A DNA stretch of 64,000 nt, from contig CM119375.1 in assembly GCA_051294905.1 (NCBI GenBank), positions 15,004,001 to 15,068,000 on the forward strand, read 5' to 3'. The stretch's first letter is position 1. Each line of letters begins with the position of its first letter. Below the pieces are notes generated by a model. That model was not told the origin of the DNA and did not search any database. It saw nothing but the letters and a program-made list of their open reading frames with translations. Below are positions 27,010 to 38,900 of the stretch, piece after piece. Origin of the DNA: Botryllus schlosseri. Lineage: Eukaryota. A program made the translations under genes and the position numbers.

Positions 27010-27360
27010 TAGGGTTACCATCCGTCCTTTAGGAGGATTTGTACTCCATTATCGCGTTTTTTAAAATGTCCTCCGAGGTCGCCTAAATGTCCTCCATTTT
27101 GAGATTTTATTTCCCTCCGTTAGAATTTTGGGTTAAACACAGGGCAAAATTCGACCGAGATACCATAAAATAGCACTGAACTGACGACGCTCAGGCGGAA
27201 CTGGCGGGTATGTCGGGAGCTAAGCGAAAGTTGACCTTTTTTTAGTCAACCGACTACGATGTGGGAAAAATTGTTTCAGGATTTTCCACCGGTATTGTAA
27301 GTTTGAAAATTTTGACAGTGTCCTCCGCTCCCGATTCCAAAATATGGTGGGATAAGTCGA
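27010..27360. mobile_element. TAGGGTTACCAT-TIR MITE copy; a second 5' part begins at about 27726
   Basis: Starts tagggttaccatccgtcc with gtcctcc repeats and the ttgacc-T8-agtcaac module. Similar to 54080-54437. Confidence 0.7.
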
Positions 27361-27975
27361 AAGTTGGCCATGTGTTCTAAATCACGTCGAAAATCGTTCA
27401 AAATTACGATTTTATAAATAATCGACAAGCCTCCAACCTCTTACATTTTGCAATTTGGAATAAAATTGCTGCATATTTGGCGGACCGACCGGAAAGTTGA
27501 CAAGGTCCGGCGTTGCTCAGAACCATTGCTGTGAAGTACAATCTGCAGCGTTCGCTAAATAGCGCCACTATGCGAGTGAAAATTTTCATTCATAAAACTT
27601 GAACTGGAACAAGTTTGAAAATCAGTTTCTACAAAACTGATATCATAGTGGCCTATTAAATATTATAGACGATTAGCCATCCTACACTGATCAGTTGTGT
27701 GCTCATTGTGCTTAGGACTCAACAATAGGGTAACTATAATTATGTCCTCCTTTAGGAGGATTTGTCCTCCGATTTCAAGAAATCTAAAATGTCCTACGAG
27801 GACGCCCAAATGCTCTCCTTTTTCGCAATTCGATCGTACAGAGACAACTAAAAAATGCCATAATGGATGTGAAATCTGGATTTCGACAACAGGGTTTGCT
27901 GAAAAAATGGTCAACTCTAACTGAGTACACTGGTCAACACATATTTTTAGGCAGACAAAGTAAGAGTGGTGTTGG

Positions 27976-28566
27976 GGGTTCTGAAAGGCACTGATTCCGA
28001 ATATGCATCGACAAGCTACAAAAGATCCAAAACATCGCTGCTCGTTTGGTAACTCGGTCAAGGAAGCGTGATCACATAACACCGATTCTTAGATCCCTTC
28101 ATTGGTTACCCGTGAAATTTAGGTCTGAATACAAGCTTCTTCTCTACGTCTTAAAATGCATGGAGGGAAGTGCACCAGCGTATCTTCGTGAGCTAGTGAC
28201 AATGTATAATCCCGGAAGAGCGCTACGTTCTCAGTCGCCCAAGCTCTTGTCCGTTCCAAGAGTCAGAACATCGACCTACGGCGAGAGAACCTTTTCTTCC
28301 TCGGCCGCCATTATGTGGAACAATCTTCCAATTTCTATCAGACTATGTGACTCGTTATATGTTTTCAAACGCAAAATCAAGACCGTTTTATTCACACGAG
28401 CGTTCGAACTAGAGTAGTGTTCATTCCGCCCTACAACTATGCACTTCGTCTTTTATACATATCATTTACTTTTATATTTTATTGTCTTTTATGTACAGCG
28501 CCCTAGTGTAGTAATGATATATTGTTATATTCGGCACTCTATAAATTATTATATCATTATTATTAT
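27976..28566 (+). mobile_element. 5'-truncated L2/CR1-group LINE, 3' end of ORF2 plus 3' UTR and (ATT)n tail
   Basis: IDKLQKIQNIAARLVTRSRKRDHITPILRSLHWLP...APAYL...RALRS...YGERTFS..A..MWNNLP..IR...F KRKIKTVLF is the typical L2-clade ORF2 C-terminus. 3' end gtacagcgccct...ggcactctataaatt...attattattat. Confidence 0.9.
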
Positions 28567-28691
28567 ATGACCATAGTTTTTTTTTCAAATTGGCTCTTGT
28601 TCTGGAGATAACCCATGGGGCTATTTTGACCAAAATCTCCCATTTTCGCTGTAATGGCTGGATAGAAAATCGGCTCAGTCGTACTATAAAG

Positions 28692-29711
28692 CAGTGTTGG
28701 GATCAAGTCACTACCTTCGAGTCACGGTCATCTCGAGTCATTGTACGTACATCTTGACTCGAGTCAAGTCAAGTCACTCGATTTTCAAAGGTGACTCGAG
28801 TCAAGTCAAGTCACCCGATTTATTTATGTGACTCGAGTCAATTCAAGTCAAGTCAAGTCAAGTCAAGTCAAGTCAAGTCAAGTCAAGTCAAGTCAAGTCA
28901 AGTCAAGTCAAGTCAAGTCAAGTCAAGTCAATTCAAGTCAAGTCAAGTCAAGTCAAGTTGAATTTTCAAAGTAGGCCTACGAGACATGATTCAAAGTCAT
29001 TGCATTTTGCTAACTGTTTTAAATACAGATGGATTCCCCATTAATTCTTAATCGAGGAACGAAAAGAGAGTTGATTATACACGCGAAAAGGCGATGTATC
29101 ACTCACCCATACGCATTTTAAACTACGCAAATAGCGGTATAGCCCCAGTCTACAATTATCAGCCAAAATACAGGATGACATACGAAACCTCAGAAAGTTC
29201 AAAAATGATATGCTGAAATACACTGCCCACCTACATATCCACGATATGCAATTATAAACGTATGGACCATATTCGTTAGATTTAAATAATACAAGAGGGT
29301 TGGTGAAAGTGAACCCGAGACACTGTGAGCAGTGTATAGAGCAGAGATGCATTGTTAGTATATTACTTTATTACTAGCTTACAACAGCGTATAAGCTGTA
29401 AGCTCCGATCACTGCGTTTGTGATCAATTTATTTTTGATATAACAATGGAGGCTCGGTAAAACGCACAATCATTGAGTGATTGGTTGCTCTCACAGGTCA
29501 CACCAGCGTATCGTTAACAATCCGAACTTATACAAGATACAGCGATTTAGTCGACACCGATTACTTGAAATTGACTCGTAAATTTTGCTTCGAGTCACGA
29601 GTCAATCCGTATTTCTGAAACGTCGAGTCAAGTCAAGTAAAGTCATATTTGCAAAGACGATGAGTCAAGTCAAGTCATACGAATAGGGTGACTCGAGTCA
29701 TCCCAACACTG
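28692..29711. mobile_element. Non-autonomous hAT element, CAGTGTTGGGAT family (copy 1, 1020 bp)
   Basis: TIR cagtgttgggat / atcccaacactg. Degenerate TSD CTATAAAG / CTACATAG. Interior alignable by eye to 33564-34471 and 59949-60800. Confidence 0.9.
28836..28955. repeat. (AGTCA)24 pentanucleotide microsatellite inside the hAT element
   Basis: 24 units counted, 2 of them ATTCA variants. Confidence 0.95.
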
Positions 29712-30189
29712 CTACATAGTTGATAAATTCTATCTACTTGTTATTTTTACACACGGAAGACCCTTTTAGATCAAAATAAAGCAACAACACTATATTTAGG
29801 GGTATTCGTTTTATCATAGGTACAGACTTTCACGGATATCATGTACATAAATAAGTAGGCCTATTTACCTAGATGCTCAAATAACGTGGCATTGATTCAA
29901 TCAGTTTTACGTCAACCATTTATTGCAAATTTTAAATAATCCGTCGGAATGTGGTATTATTAATTTATTTTAAAGCATGATTGTTTTTTGTACGATTTTC
30001 GCCTGTAAGCAGTGTATTGCAGTTTCTCGAAAGGTTCCAGCAGTAGTCTGCCATAATCTGTTCATCTCATCCGCCCTGATATTTTTCTTTTGTTGTTTTC
30101 ATGTCTTGGTGGAACCTCTCCCCTTGCTAATCGACAAGATGGTTAGGAAATATATCAAGATGACTGAATGTTTGCCCAAATTCTTTTTC

Positions 30190-30374
30190 ATTTTGTTGAC
30201 CAGTGTTATACTTGGTACGGGTCTTACGAAAATCGAGTCGAAAATGACCTATTTTTAGTCAACCCATCAATATTAGCAATGACATTTCCAAATTTACCAT
30301 ATTACTGAATGCTACTTCATCTTCTGTGACTTGTAAAAAGTGTATTTTTCGGATCTCAGAATATGGTAACCCTA
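30190..30374. mobile_element. TAGGGTTACCAT-TIR MITE 3' fragment
   Basis: tgacctatttttagtcaac module. Ends aatatggtaacccta. Confidence 0.6.
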
Positions 30375-32965
30375 TTCAACAATATCTCCATTTCCTTTTA
30401 CAACGGTTTCCATCGGAAGCTACTGCGCTGTTCGTCCCTTGATAAGTACCTATGTTTGAATAACGTGCGGCTCGGCTCGAGACATTGGTTTTTAATTTAT
30501 CTGATGGTGATACGTTTGAACCCAAGTTCAAGTCGCGCAATAAAAAGTATTGGGCACCGAAATCGCTGGAGTACGTATATGCCATCAACCACCGCTGCGC
30601 ACATGACTTATATTTGACATTATATTAACCTGAAAATTATTTCGCGGGATTTACCACCACCTCATTACTTTTGCTATGTGTAGACTCCGAATGTCATATT
30701 TGAGAATGCTCTCAACAGTCATAAACTATACCATGTCATAAAAGTATCCGTTGGGATTGCAAGCATTCCGGGTGCTCGTTCTCGTATTTTTCATCATCTT
30801 AAGGGGGGAGGAGAAGGTCTAAAAACGTTTGAGAATTCCCGGTCTACACCATGTAATGTAGACCACCCCCAACATCGCCAACACTTCCTCATATCAGAAC
30901 AAAATCGAAAACGAATTTTGCTCACAAAAATTTTATTCAACGTCGATTGCATATACACACTACCGCGGTATGATCAATGCGTGCAGAGAGACAAAATAAT
31001 TGTACACCAGGATGTCACCAACGACAAATCACGACCGCTAATACCGCATCTGGACAGCGAATGATACTGAAGGTGCCAGTGCTCATGACGCTATTCGTGT
31101 GCTAAGCCTCAGCAGGCTGCAGAGCGCACACTGGTCTATCACTGGCCCCATACACATTCAACAGCAAGATATCTCAACCCAGAAAATATTAATTGAGAAC
31201 AGCACAGGGGTAATTAGCACCAGCGTGACCAGACGCGGAACAAATAATGCTCTCATTCCAAATTTTCGACTCCATCTGCCAGACGCCAAGATCATCAAAC
31301 TGGTCAAAGGGAAACCTAAAAACTATCAGATCACGCCTCATTCATTTCCGTACCAATTGAAGATGGCACAAGTTACGACCAACTGAATACAAGCGAGTCG
31401 TTTAAAATCTTGCATAGACATAGTTTTATGAATTAGGGACACACAATAATTGGAGAAGACACAGTATCATATCAAACAAAAAGAGAGATAGCACGAAACG
31501 ACGCACGCAGTACGTCATAGATTAATGACGTGTCTGTGTTTGATTGTATATTGATATCATGATGCCATTGTGTAAGTTATTTGCGTCTAGACCACGTTTT
31601 CAAACTCGACCGCGTCAAAATCAAGTGTTGAGTAGTGGAGCTTGCTTGAATTTATCTGTAGAATTAGCGCAAAAATAAACCTGCTACGATACCAGGAAAT
31701 AGCTGGATGAGCACGTGTTTTGAACAATACATTCCAGTGCAGTTGAAGAATTGAAGGAAACGAGGTAATTTTTAAAAAATCAAACAAACACGCACAATGT
31801 AAAGCTACCACGCTTATATCGGTTACCCTGCAGCATATATAGATCAAAACGGCCTATTACATACTGAAAATTTCCAGCGTACCGTTCAGTGCATTGTGAT
31901 TTGCTTGGGAACTCATTCACGAACGGAAGACAACGGGGCATATATCACTACCGCACGGTTGAGAAACAAACAAGGCAAAAAATGAAGGTTATTGAAATCG
32001 CAATTGGATTGAAAAGGAATTACGCTTCAAGAAAATAAATTACCAACGGGAAAGAGCTGTTATCATTCACATAGTCGGTTACGTATTGACGCTCGACAAT
32101 CAAAAATGCGCTAATTTTCAGATTATGCTCCGTAACAAATAATTGAATTCAAATGAGGATTATACACCTATCTCGGTGGGTACGCGCACTGGACATAAGA
32201 GCATGCGACGCATCAGCCTGTGGGTTGAAGTTGGAATACATTTAGGTTAGATTTAGGGTTAGGGTAAGGGTTCATTTTGGGTTCATAAATTCAGATGCTC
32301 AAGTGTCGTTTTTCCATGTGTCACATGCTAAATGTCGGTGAACCATCTTGATTATCATAAGCATATCCCATATTTTCACAGAGAAAATCCAGCGTTGCCA
32401 GCATCCATTATTCACCCAATTTGAGCTCTGCATTCAGGTCCAGGTTAGTCAGAAAAAAGTAATGACACCAATACACCCCAACTTTAAAATGGACACTACC
32501 AAAAACTTATGCTATCAGACTAAAATTTCAGCGCAAACGCTTACTGCGCCGCATCGACAAGGATACAAAAAATACAATCAGCCCAATCAACTCCAAAAGA
32601 GCAGCTATTACCTAGCGATGAAAACATGAAAAACACGGGTGAAGAATTAGCCCTGAAATGCTCGTAACATTAACAACTGGCTTACATAAAAAAAATTTGG
32701 GCGCCCGCATTCAATAAATACCGCCGTCGGATGATCGGAAACGTTAATACGTGAAGTAAGTGCTGGATAGTGGGAAGGAATTATAACAAATATTTCATAC
32801 GCTACTAAATCACTGTACCAAATAACCAAAATAAAATCATTCGCTCGAATAGGAAAAGTAAATATATGCTCTCGAAAAGATTAAATGCGACGACAAAGAC
32901 AGCTGATTCGCGAAGAGACGTCAATCACTGGATATGACATAGATTTTGAGATTGGGAAAAAAAAA

Positions 32966-35900
32966 TTAAAATTTGACGCCTTCCTCAGAATTCTGCCTGG
33001 CCACCCCGTTACCGTTGCTCTGCTGGGCGTCTTTCTTTTTGCCGCCGGTGACAATGTTCAAACGGGTCTGGGCCGAGTGCATTCGAAAGTGGAGTTTGGA
33101 TTCGTGCGAGTAGTGCTTGTAGTCTTGCCTGCAACGTGCGGAAGACGAGATGAAAATTTACGATGAGGTGAATTTCATCATAATGGGTGGTGTGCTATTA
33201 CAGCTCCCTACTCGGTCAGCTCTCCTGGCCGGGTCAAACCAAAGACCGGATTAGTAACGCTGGTATTCAAGACTTCCCGGCTTGCCGCTCAGCATTATCG
33301 GGTTAACATGGAGGGTGGTACGAGTCTCAGAAGTCCTTACAAGGTTATTTCTGCCCCTTCCTTATCCAGAAGTAAATTCGCAACATGCACTGATGGTATG
33401 CGTATGCACAGATAGTGTGTATGTATATCATGAGTCGGTGTCTATGCCGCGAAACATCGCGGACAAAAATAAACAAAGTCCTAATCCTACACTGCGAATG
33501 CTTTCACGAGTACCAACGATAGCTAAAACAAATTAACAACTGATAACTAGGGCAAGTTTTTGCCAGTGTTGGGATGACTCGAGTCATGACTTGACAGACT
33601 CGAGTCAACTTTTCCGTATGACTTGACTTGACTCGAGTCACTTTGCTAAAATGAATTGACTTGACTCGGCCTATCAGAAATGTGGATTGACTCGTGACTA
33701 GGAGCAAAATTCACGAGTCAATTTCAAGTCATCAAGTAATCGGTGTCGATCAAAATCACTGTATCTTGCATATATTCGGATTGTTCGCTAAACACTGGTG
33801 TAACCCGTGAGAGCGACCAATCATTTAATGATCATGCGTTTTACTGAGACTCCATTGTTCTCTCACAAATAAATTGACCGCAAACGAAGTTATCGAAGCT
33901 TACGGCTTACGTTGTCGTTAACTGGTATAGTAAAGTAAATTCTGTTCTCTGTTTTTACCTTAACCAAACCTATTGTTATATTGAAATTGAATTCGAATAT
34001 AGTTTATATAGTCCTCAACCATTGGCGCAGGCTTGCATTGTATCATATCGATTTGTAAATGTGTAATGTATTGCATCTTATCAATTCGTATCTATTCTCT
34101 ATCTTGGTTGGTAACTATAAACTGAGGTTTTTCGGTTCTACTTATATGTGAGCGATACAGCGCCTTTTGCGTATATATTTAACTCTATATTCGTTCTGAT
34201 CGGTTCAAAATCAATGACCACTCCATCTGTATTTCAGACAGCTAGCAAAATGCAATGACCTTATCATGCCTCATACTTCGAAAAGGCAACTTGACTTGAA
34301 TTGTGACTTGACTCGTGACTTGACTTGACTCGAGTCCCCTCCAAAAGTCGAGTGACTTGACTTGACTCGAGTCACCTTTGAAAATCGACTGACTTGACTT
34401 GACTCGAGTTAAAATGTGCAATGACTCGAAATGACTCGTGACTCGAAGGTAGTGACTTGATCCCAACACTGGTTTTTGCTGCAGTTAAATCCGTGGAAAG
34501 TTGCATTTATTTTTGACAAAAGTTGCAAAAGACTACATTTTGCTGGGTTGACTAAAAAAACGTCAATTTTCCGGCTGAGCTCCCGAAATACCCGTAAAAG
34601 CGTTACTTCGGTGCTAATCGACGGTGTTTCAGTCGAATTTGGCCGTGTATTTCACCAAAATCGAAAATACTTTCATGAAAAATCGAAAAAGTTGCAAAAA
34701 GTTGCATGAAAATAAATGGACAAAAGTTGCAAAAAGTTGCACTATATGATTCCTTCAAACACCCTAAAACAGCATTCTAAAAAATTCTGTAAAAAAAGTT
34801 GCCCTACTGATAATAGGCTACAGCGCATTCCTCAACGGAACATTTGTAGTGCTAACTAGAGGTGGCCAGTAACTAAGTAATTCTACTTATTTAGAGTACA
34901 CTAAACCTACTTGCACTACTTTATCTAGGGGTTGTTTACTACTTTCACTTCTCCACTTCTCTTCGGTAACCGAATTTATTTTGATAATTTCACCTATTTG
35001 TGGTGCCAATATTCAATTTACGTTGGTGGCTAAGATGCACAATTGCACAACCACTTTGCGATTTCGGAAGTCGAAATCTCCCATTGACTGCTAACAGCAG
35101 GGTTGTAACCAAGTCACAAGGTTCCGAGTTACAAGTCAATCTCACTTTTATAGTTTTGACTGGAGTCAAGTCAAGTCACTTTCAATTCACCGAGTCAAGA
35201 CCGAGTCCAAGTCAGTGAGTAGAGGGTCGAGTCCGAGTCATAGTGTTTTGACTCGAATCCGAGTCCAAGTTATTGTGTTCACTGTTCAGTTTTGAGTTCA
35301 ATCCAGTTCAACCCACTTTTTTCAACTCTGCTCTAGTGATATAGAATGGCTTGCATTCATAATATCGTTATTTTCCTCCGTCTTAATCGTTTCTGGCCCA
35401 ATTTTCCAAGAATCAGGACTGATAGACGAAGTACCAATTATGTCGCGACTTTACTATTCTTCAAAGTTACAATGAAATGCCAGTCTTGGCCGTCCTAGTC
35501 TTGAGTCATAAAACTTGGTGCGAGTTATGAACAATGCAGTTGTGAACAATGCGAAAACCTTTTTCAAAAAGATTTGAAAAGCCACGCATTAAATCAAGGT
35601 CAGAATCTTATGAGGAGAACACAGATTGGCACTGTTACATGTTCAGAGTATCTCAAAGAGTCAGACACAGCATCAATCGAATTGGAATACTAATGGTGAT
35701 ACTGAAAAGTAATAACCCAAACGCGAACACATCTAACCTAACCGAATGTACTTACTTTGCACTCTTCAACGCTGTTCTGGCTTCATCGAACCTTTTTTGG
35801 TCCATAAACATCCAGACCAACTCGATACAAGCAAACGGTGTGACATAATGGTCCTTCTTGATGCCTTTATGACTGAAACAAGATGCGTTGAAGCGGTCAG

Positions 35901-38900
35901 CATTTCTTTAAATCAATCGCTCTTCAATTCTAGCAATCCTTGTATCAGTCTCAGCGGATATAACACGAGGTGTTTCTCTGGAACATAACATTCTACACCA
36001 CTGGCCCAATTAACACGAAAAGTTGTTTTTCTGCTGTTTGTAAATTTCAATGCACTCACCGATTGTAAAACACTTCCACCATACTGGGAGTTTACAAGTA
36101 TAATTTAGCTTATGTTAGAGTCTGCATCAGTATACGAGTGAATATGTCACAATTGCCAAACAAAATAGTCAATGTGTCACATGCGGGGAATCGAATTTTC
36201 AAACTTCCGCTTCCCATAGACAAGACAATATCTGGACACAATTTGAATAAGTTAGGCAGCGCGGTAACCGGGGACATCTTGCCTCCAGGAATTTTCCGTT
36301 TTAAACGACGTGACATAATTTTCCATCGATACTGAACAACGTAATCGAAGAGACACAGAACTTCAATGTACAAGTCGAAGAACATATTCATTTTGAAATA
36401 AACCCAAATATTATCTGCTGACACGCGTCAGTGATATCACCAATTATGATGTCACCTGCAAAAGTTTGTATATTCGTGGCGAATAGATGGCGTAAGATCC
36501 ATGCGTTCTTTTTAGATAATACACACTTCTCCATCAGAGAGAGTTTTTGTATAATCTAAAAATAGTACATAGAGCGTAACCAATGTATTCGCCTCGATTA
36601 CATCGAATCTTTATGCCGGTGACGTCATATTTGATGATACAACTGTTGATATTCCAGCAAACAGTACGTTCATGTGGCCAAATTTATTCCACTCGAAGGT
36701 TTTTGAATTCTTTTCAAGGATATTTGCTTCACTCCAAATTGGTACCATTGTAAACGGGCCTCCACCCCAAACCAAGACAACTTACTTTTCCTTCACGTCG
36801 GCGAAACACAGCTCAGCCTGCAAGGGCTGGCCGCCGTACTTCAGACACACGCCCTTCAAGAGTTGCAGCAGGCCGTAATCGTCGAAATAATTGAATTCAG
36901 GATCGCAGGAACCTTTTTTCGTATCTAGACAGCAAGCGGAGGAATGCAACAACCTTAAGGCGCCATAAATTATACGTGCAACGATCTTGAAAGACCCTTA
37001 CCTTTGCCTTTCTCTTGCTCGTTCCTCTTCTCTAACTTCGATTTCTCTCTCTCGATAATTTCAAGATGCTTTTTACGAAATTCCGCCCCGCCGGCGAGCA
37101 TGGCCATGCCGTTCCAAACGTACAGCATCTCCTGTTGACGGTAATTTTGCTGGCATGAGTATCTACACAAAACTCGCTCACTCGATACAACGCAGACTTA
37201 TCGTCCGTGGTACAGAACTTGTAGTCGCTCTCATTGCAACAAAACATGCGTAAACCATTTTGCAAAAATAGGTTTATATGACAATTTCACAGCACACACT
37301 TAGTAGACAGGTCAGAATTTGAGTGAGAATCTTTCTCGAACACCTAACTATAATGATGACATGGTCACCATCATTGCAAGGGGTACTTCCTGTTCAATTC
37401 AAGGGTGTTGGAATCAACAATTATTTAGTTGGCTGATCTCAGTTTATGTAAACAAAAAGAATTCCTACATAACCTACAAATCTCCCATTAGTTTGTTTCG
37501 TATATGTCATCTGTGGCTTTTACCTTTATCATGGCTGCTAATATTACACCACATGCTTTGAAGCGTTTTGTTGCCATTGTTACAATCCCCATTTCATTGC
37601 CCCTAATTCTGATTCTTACTGCCGCAATGGTTTCCCTTTTGAATCAGTTAAATGCCTTTAGTGTGCCGATAGCTCCTGATAAAAGGCGCCCTGAAAGATC
37701 TTGGACTTACAAAAAATGTGTTCTCGCAATGGATGTTGTGATGAATTGAAAATTTTGACAGGAGAATCAGAATTTTCTGCTTACTTTGAAGAATTTGACA
37801 TATTTCAGTATTTCTCGAGAGTTTAGCTCCGGAAAACTCGAGCTTATCTACGTATCAATGTTTCATCTAGCTGCGAAAACAATCATCAGCTTCAACACCT
37901 CGAACTGTGTATGCACACATGCAAATCGACGTCAGCCACGCATATGTTAAATGCGTGTGCTAACATTACATGTGCAAACGATAAACGATTATGAGATCCG
38001 TAGTCTATACAGTCGCGAGAAAGCAATACAGGACTACAGCTAGATTGCGTAAAAAATTATTGCTATCGGTTAATTAAACAATACTTTGTGTGGTTGTGCG
38101 CAATACGTCATTTGAAATTTAGCCGAGATTAAACATAAATTCACGTTTTGGCCATGCGTATTTTACGAAGTAAACGATATCGATATATTATATAGACAGG
38201 GACATTAAACCCTTGTGACATGTATGTAAAGCAAATTGAAAGAAGCCTGATACTCAATTCACAATCGAATCACTTAGTTAGGTACATGATTTTGCCCAGG
38301 CCTGCTAATATCATCAAAGAATTCGTATCAACACTTACCAGCGCCGGAACCATAAGAAACTTTCCCTGCTCGAAATACTTCCGCGCTTTCCTGCACACGA
38401 ATTTCTCCATGGGAATGCTCTTGCCCGCGATTCTCTGCTTCATTTTCGGCACTTCCCTATGATGCAAGGGGATCTTATTTTGTGGAGTTGGCTAGCATTT
38501 GGCTGTTACATTTACGAGGAAGCCAAAATTAAACATTCGCGAACACGGAAATGCAATCCTGCGAGCGTCTAAGATGCAATTCGAGGAGCTTTATTTTTAT
38601 ACAGCATTCAGTAATAACGTACTTCTACTTTTCAGAGAGCTCCCGTAGGATCTGTCCGATCTGGTTTCTTAAGGGGTTACGGTTTTGCAATACTCCCACA
38701 TCTACTTGATAATTTTCAGTTTTTAGGAAAAACTAGACCTAGAATACTTACATTTGCACTTACTTGCAAATTACTACTTTTACTTGGGTAGAAATTCATG
38801 AGGTTACTTTACTATCAACACTTGAAATAAATTCAGCTGTCACTATCGGATTGCGAGAACACGGCCACACAGGGCATGAAATAACTCAAATATTGTATCT

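Noticed and set aside
27181-27205. CTGACGA...GAAC hammerhead-like core
   Set aside because: The stem II closing pair is the wrong way round, GAAA is absent, there are no stems I/III, and it lies inside a MITE.
28692-28990. CRISPR-like or regularly spaced repeat array
   Set aside because: The repeats are short GACTCGAGTC/AAGTC motifs without unique equal-length spacers, inside a TIR/TSD-bounded element in a eukaryotic context.
30799-30860. TTAA-GGGGGG start as a Kolobok/piggyBac terminus
   Set aside because: No matching second terminus or TSD was found.
31060-31386. Plus 95-aa ORF and its antisense frame GFPLTSLMILASGRWSRKFGMRALF (MFS motif A-like)
   Set aside because: The antisense frame hits stops within about 50 codons, no other transporter exons were found, and the resemblance is too short to support.
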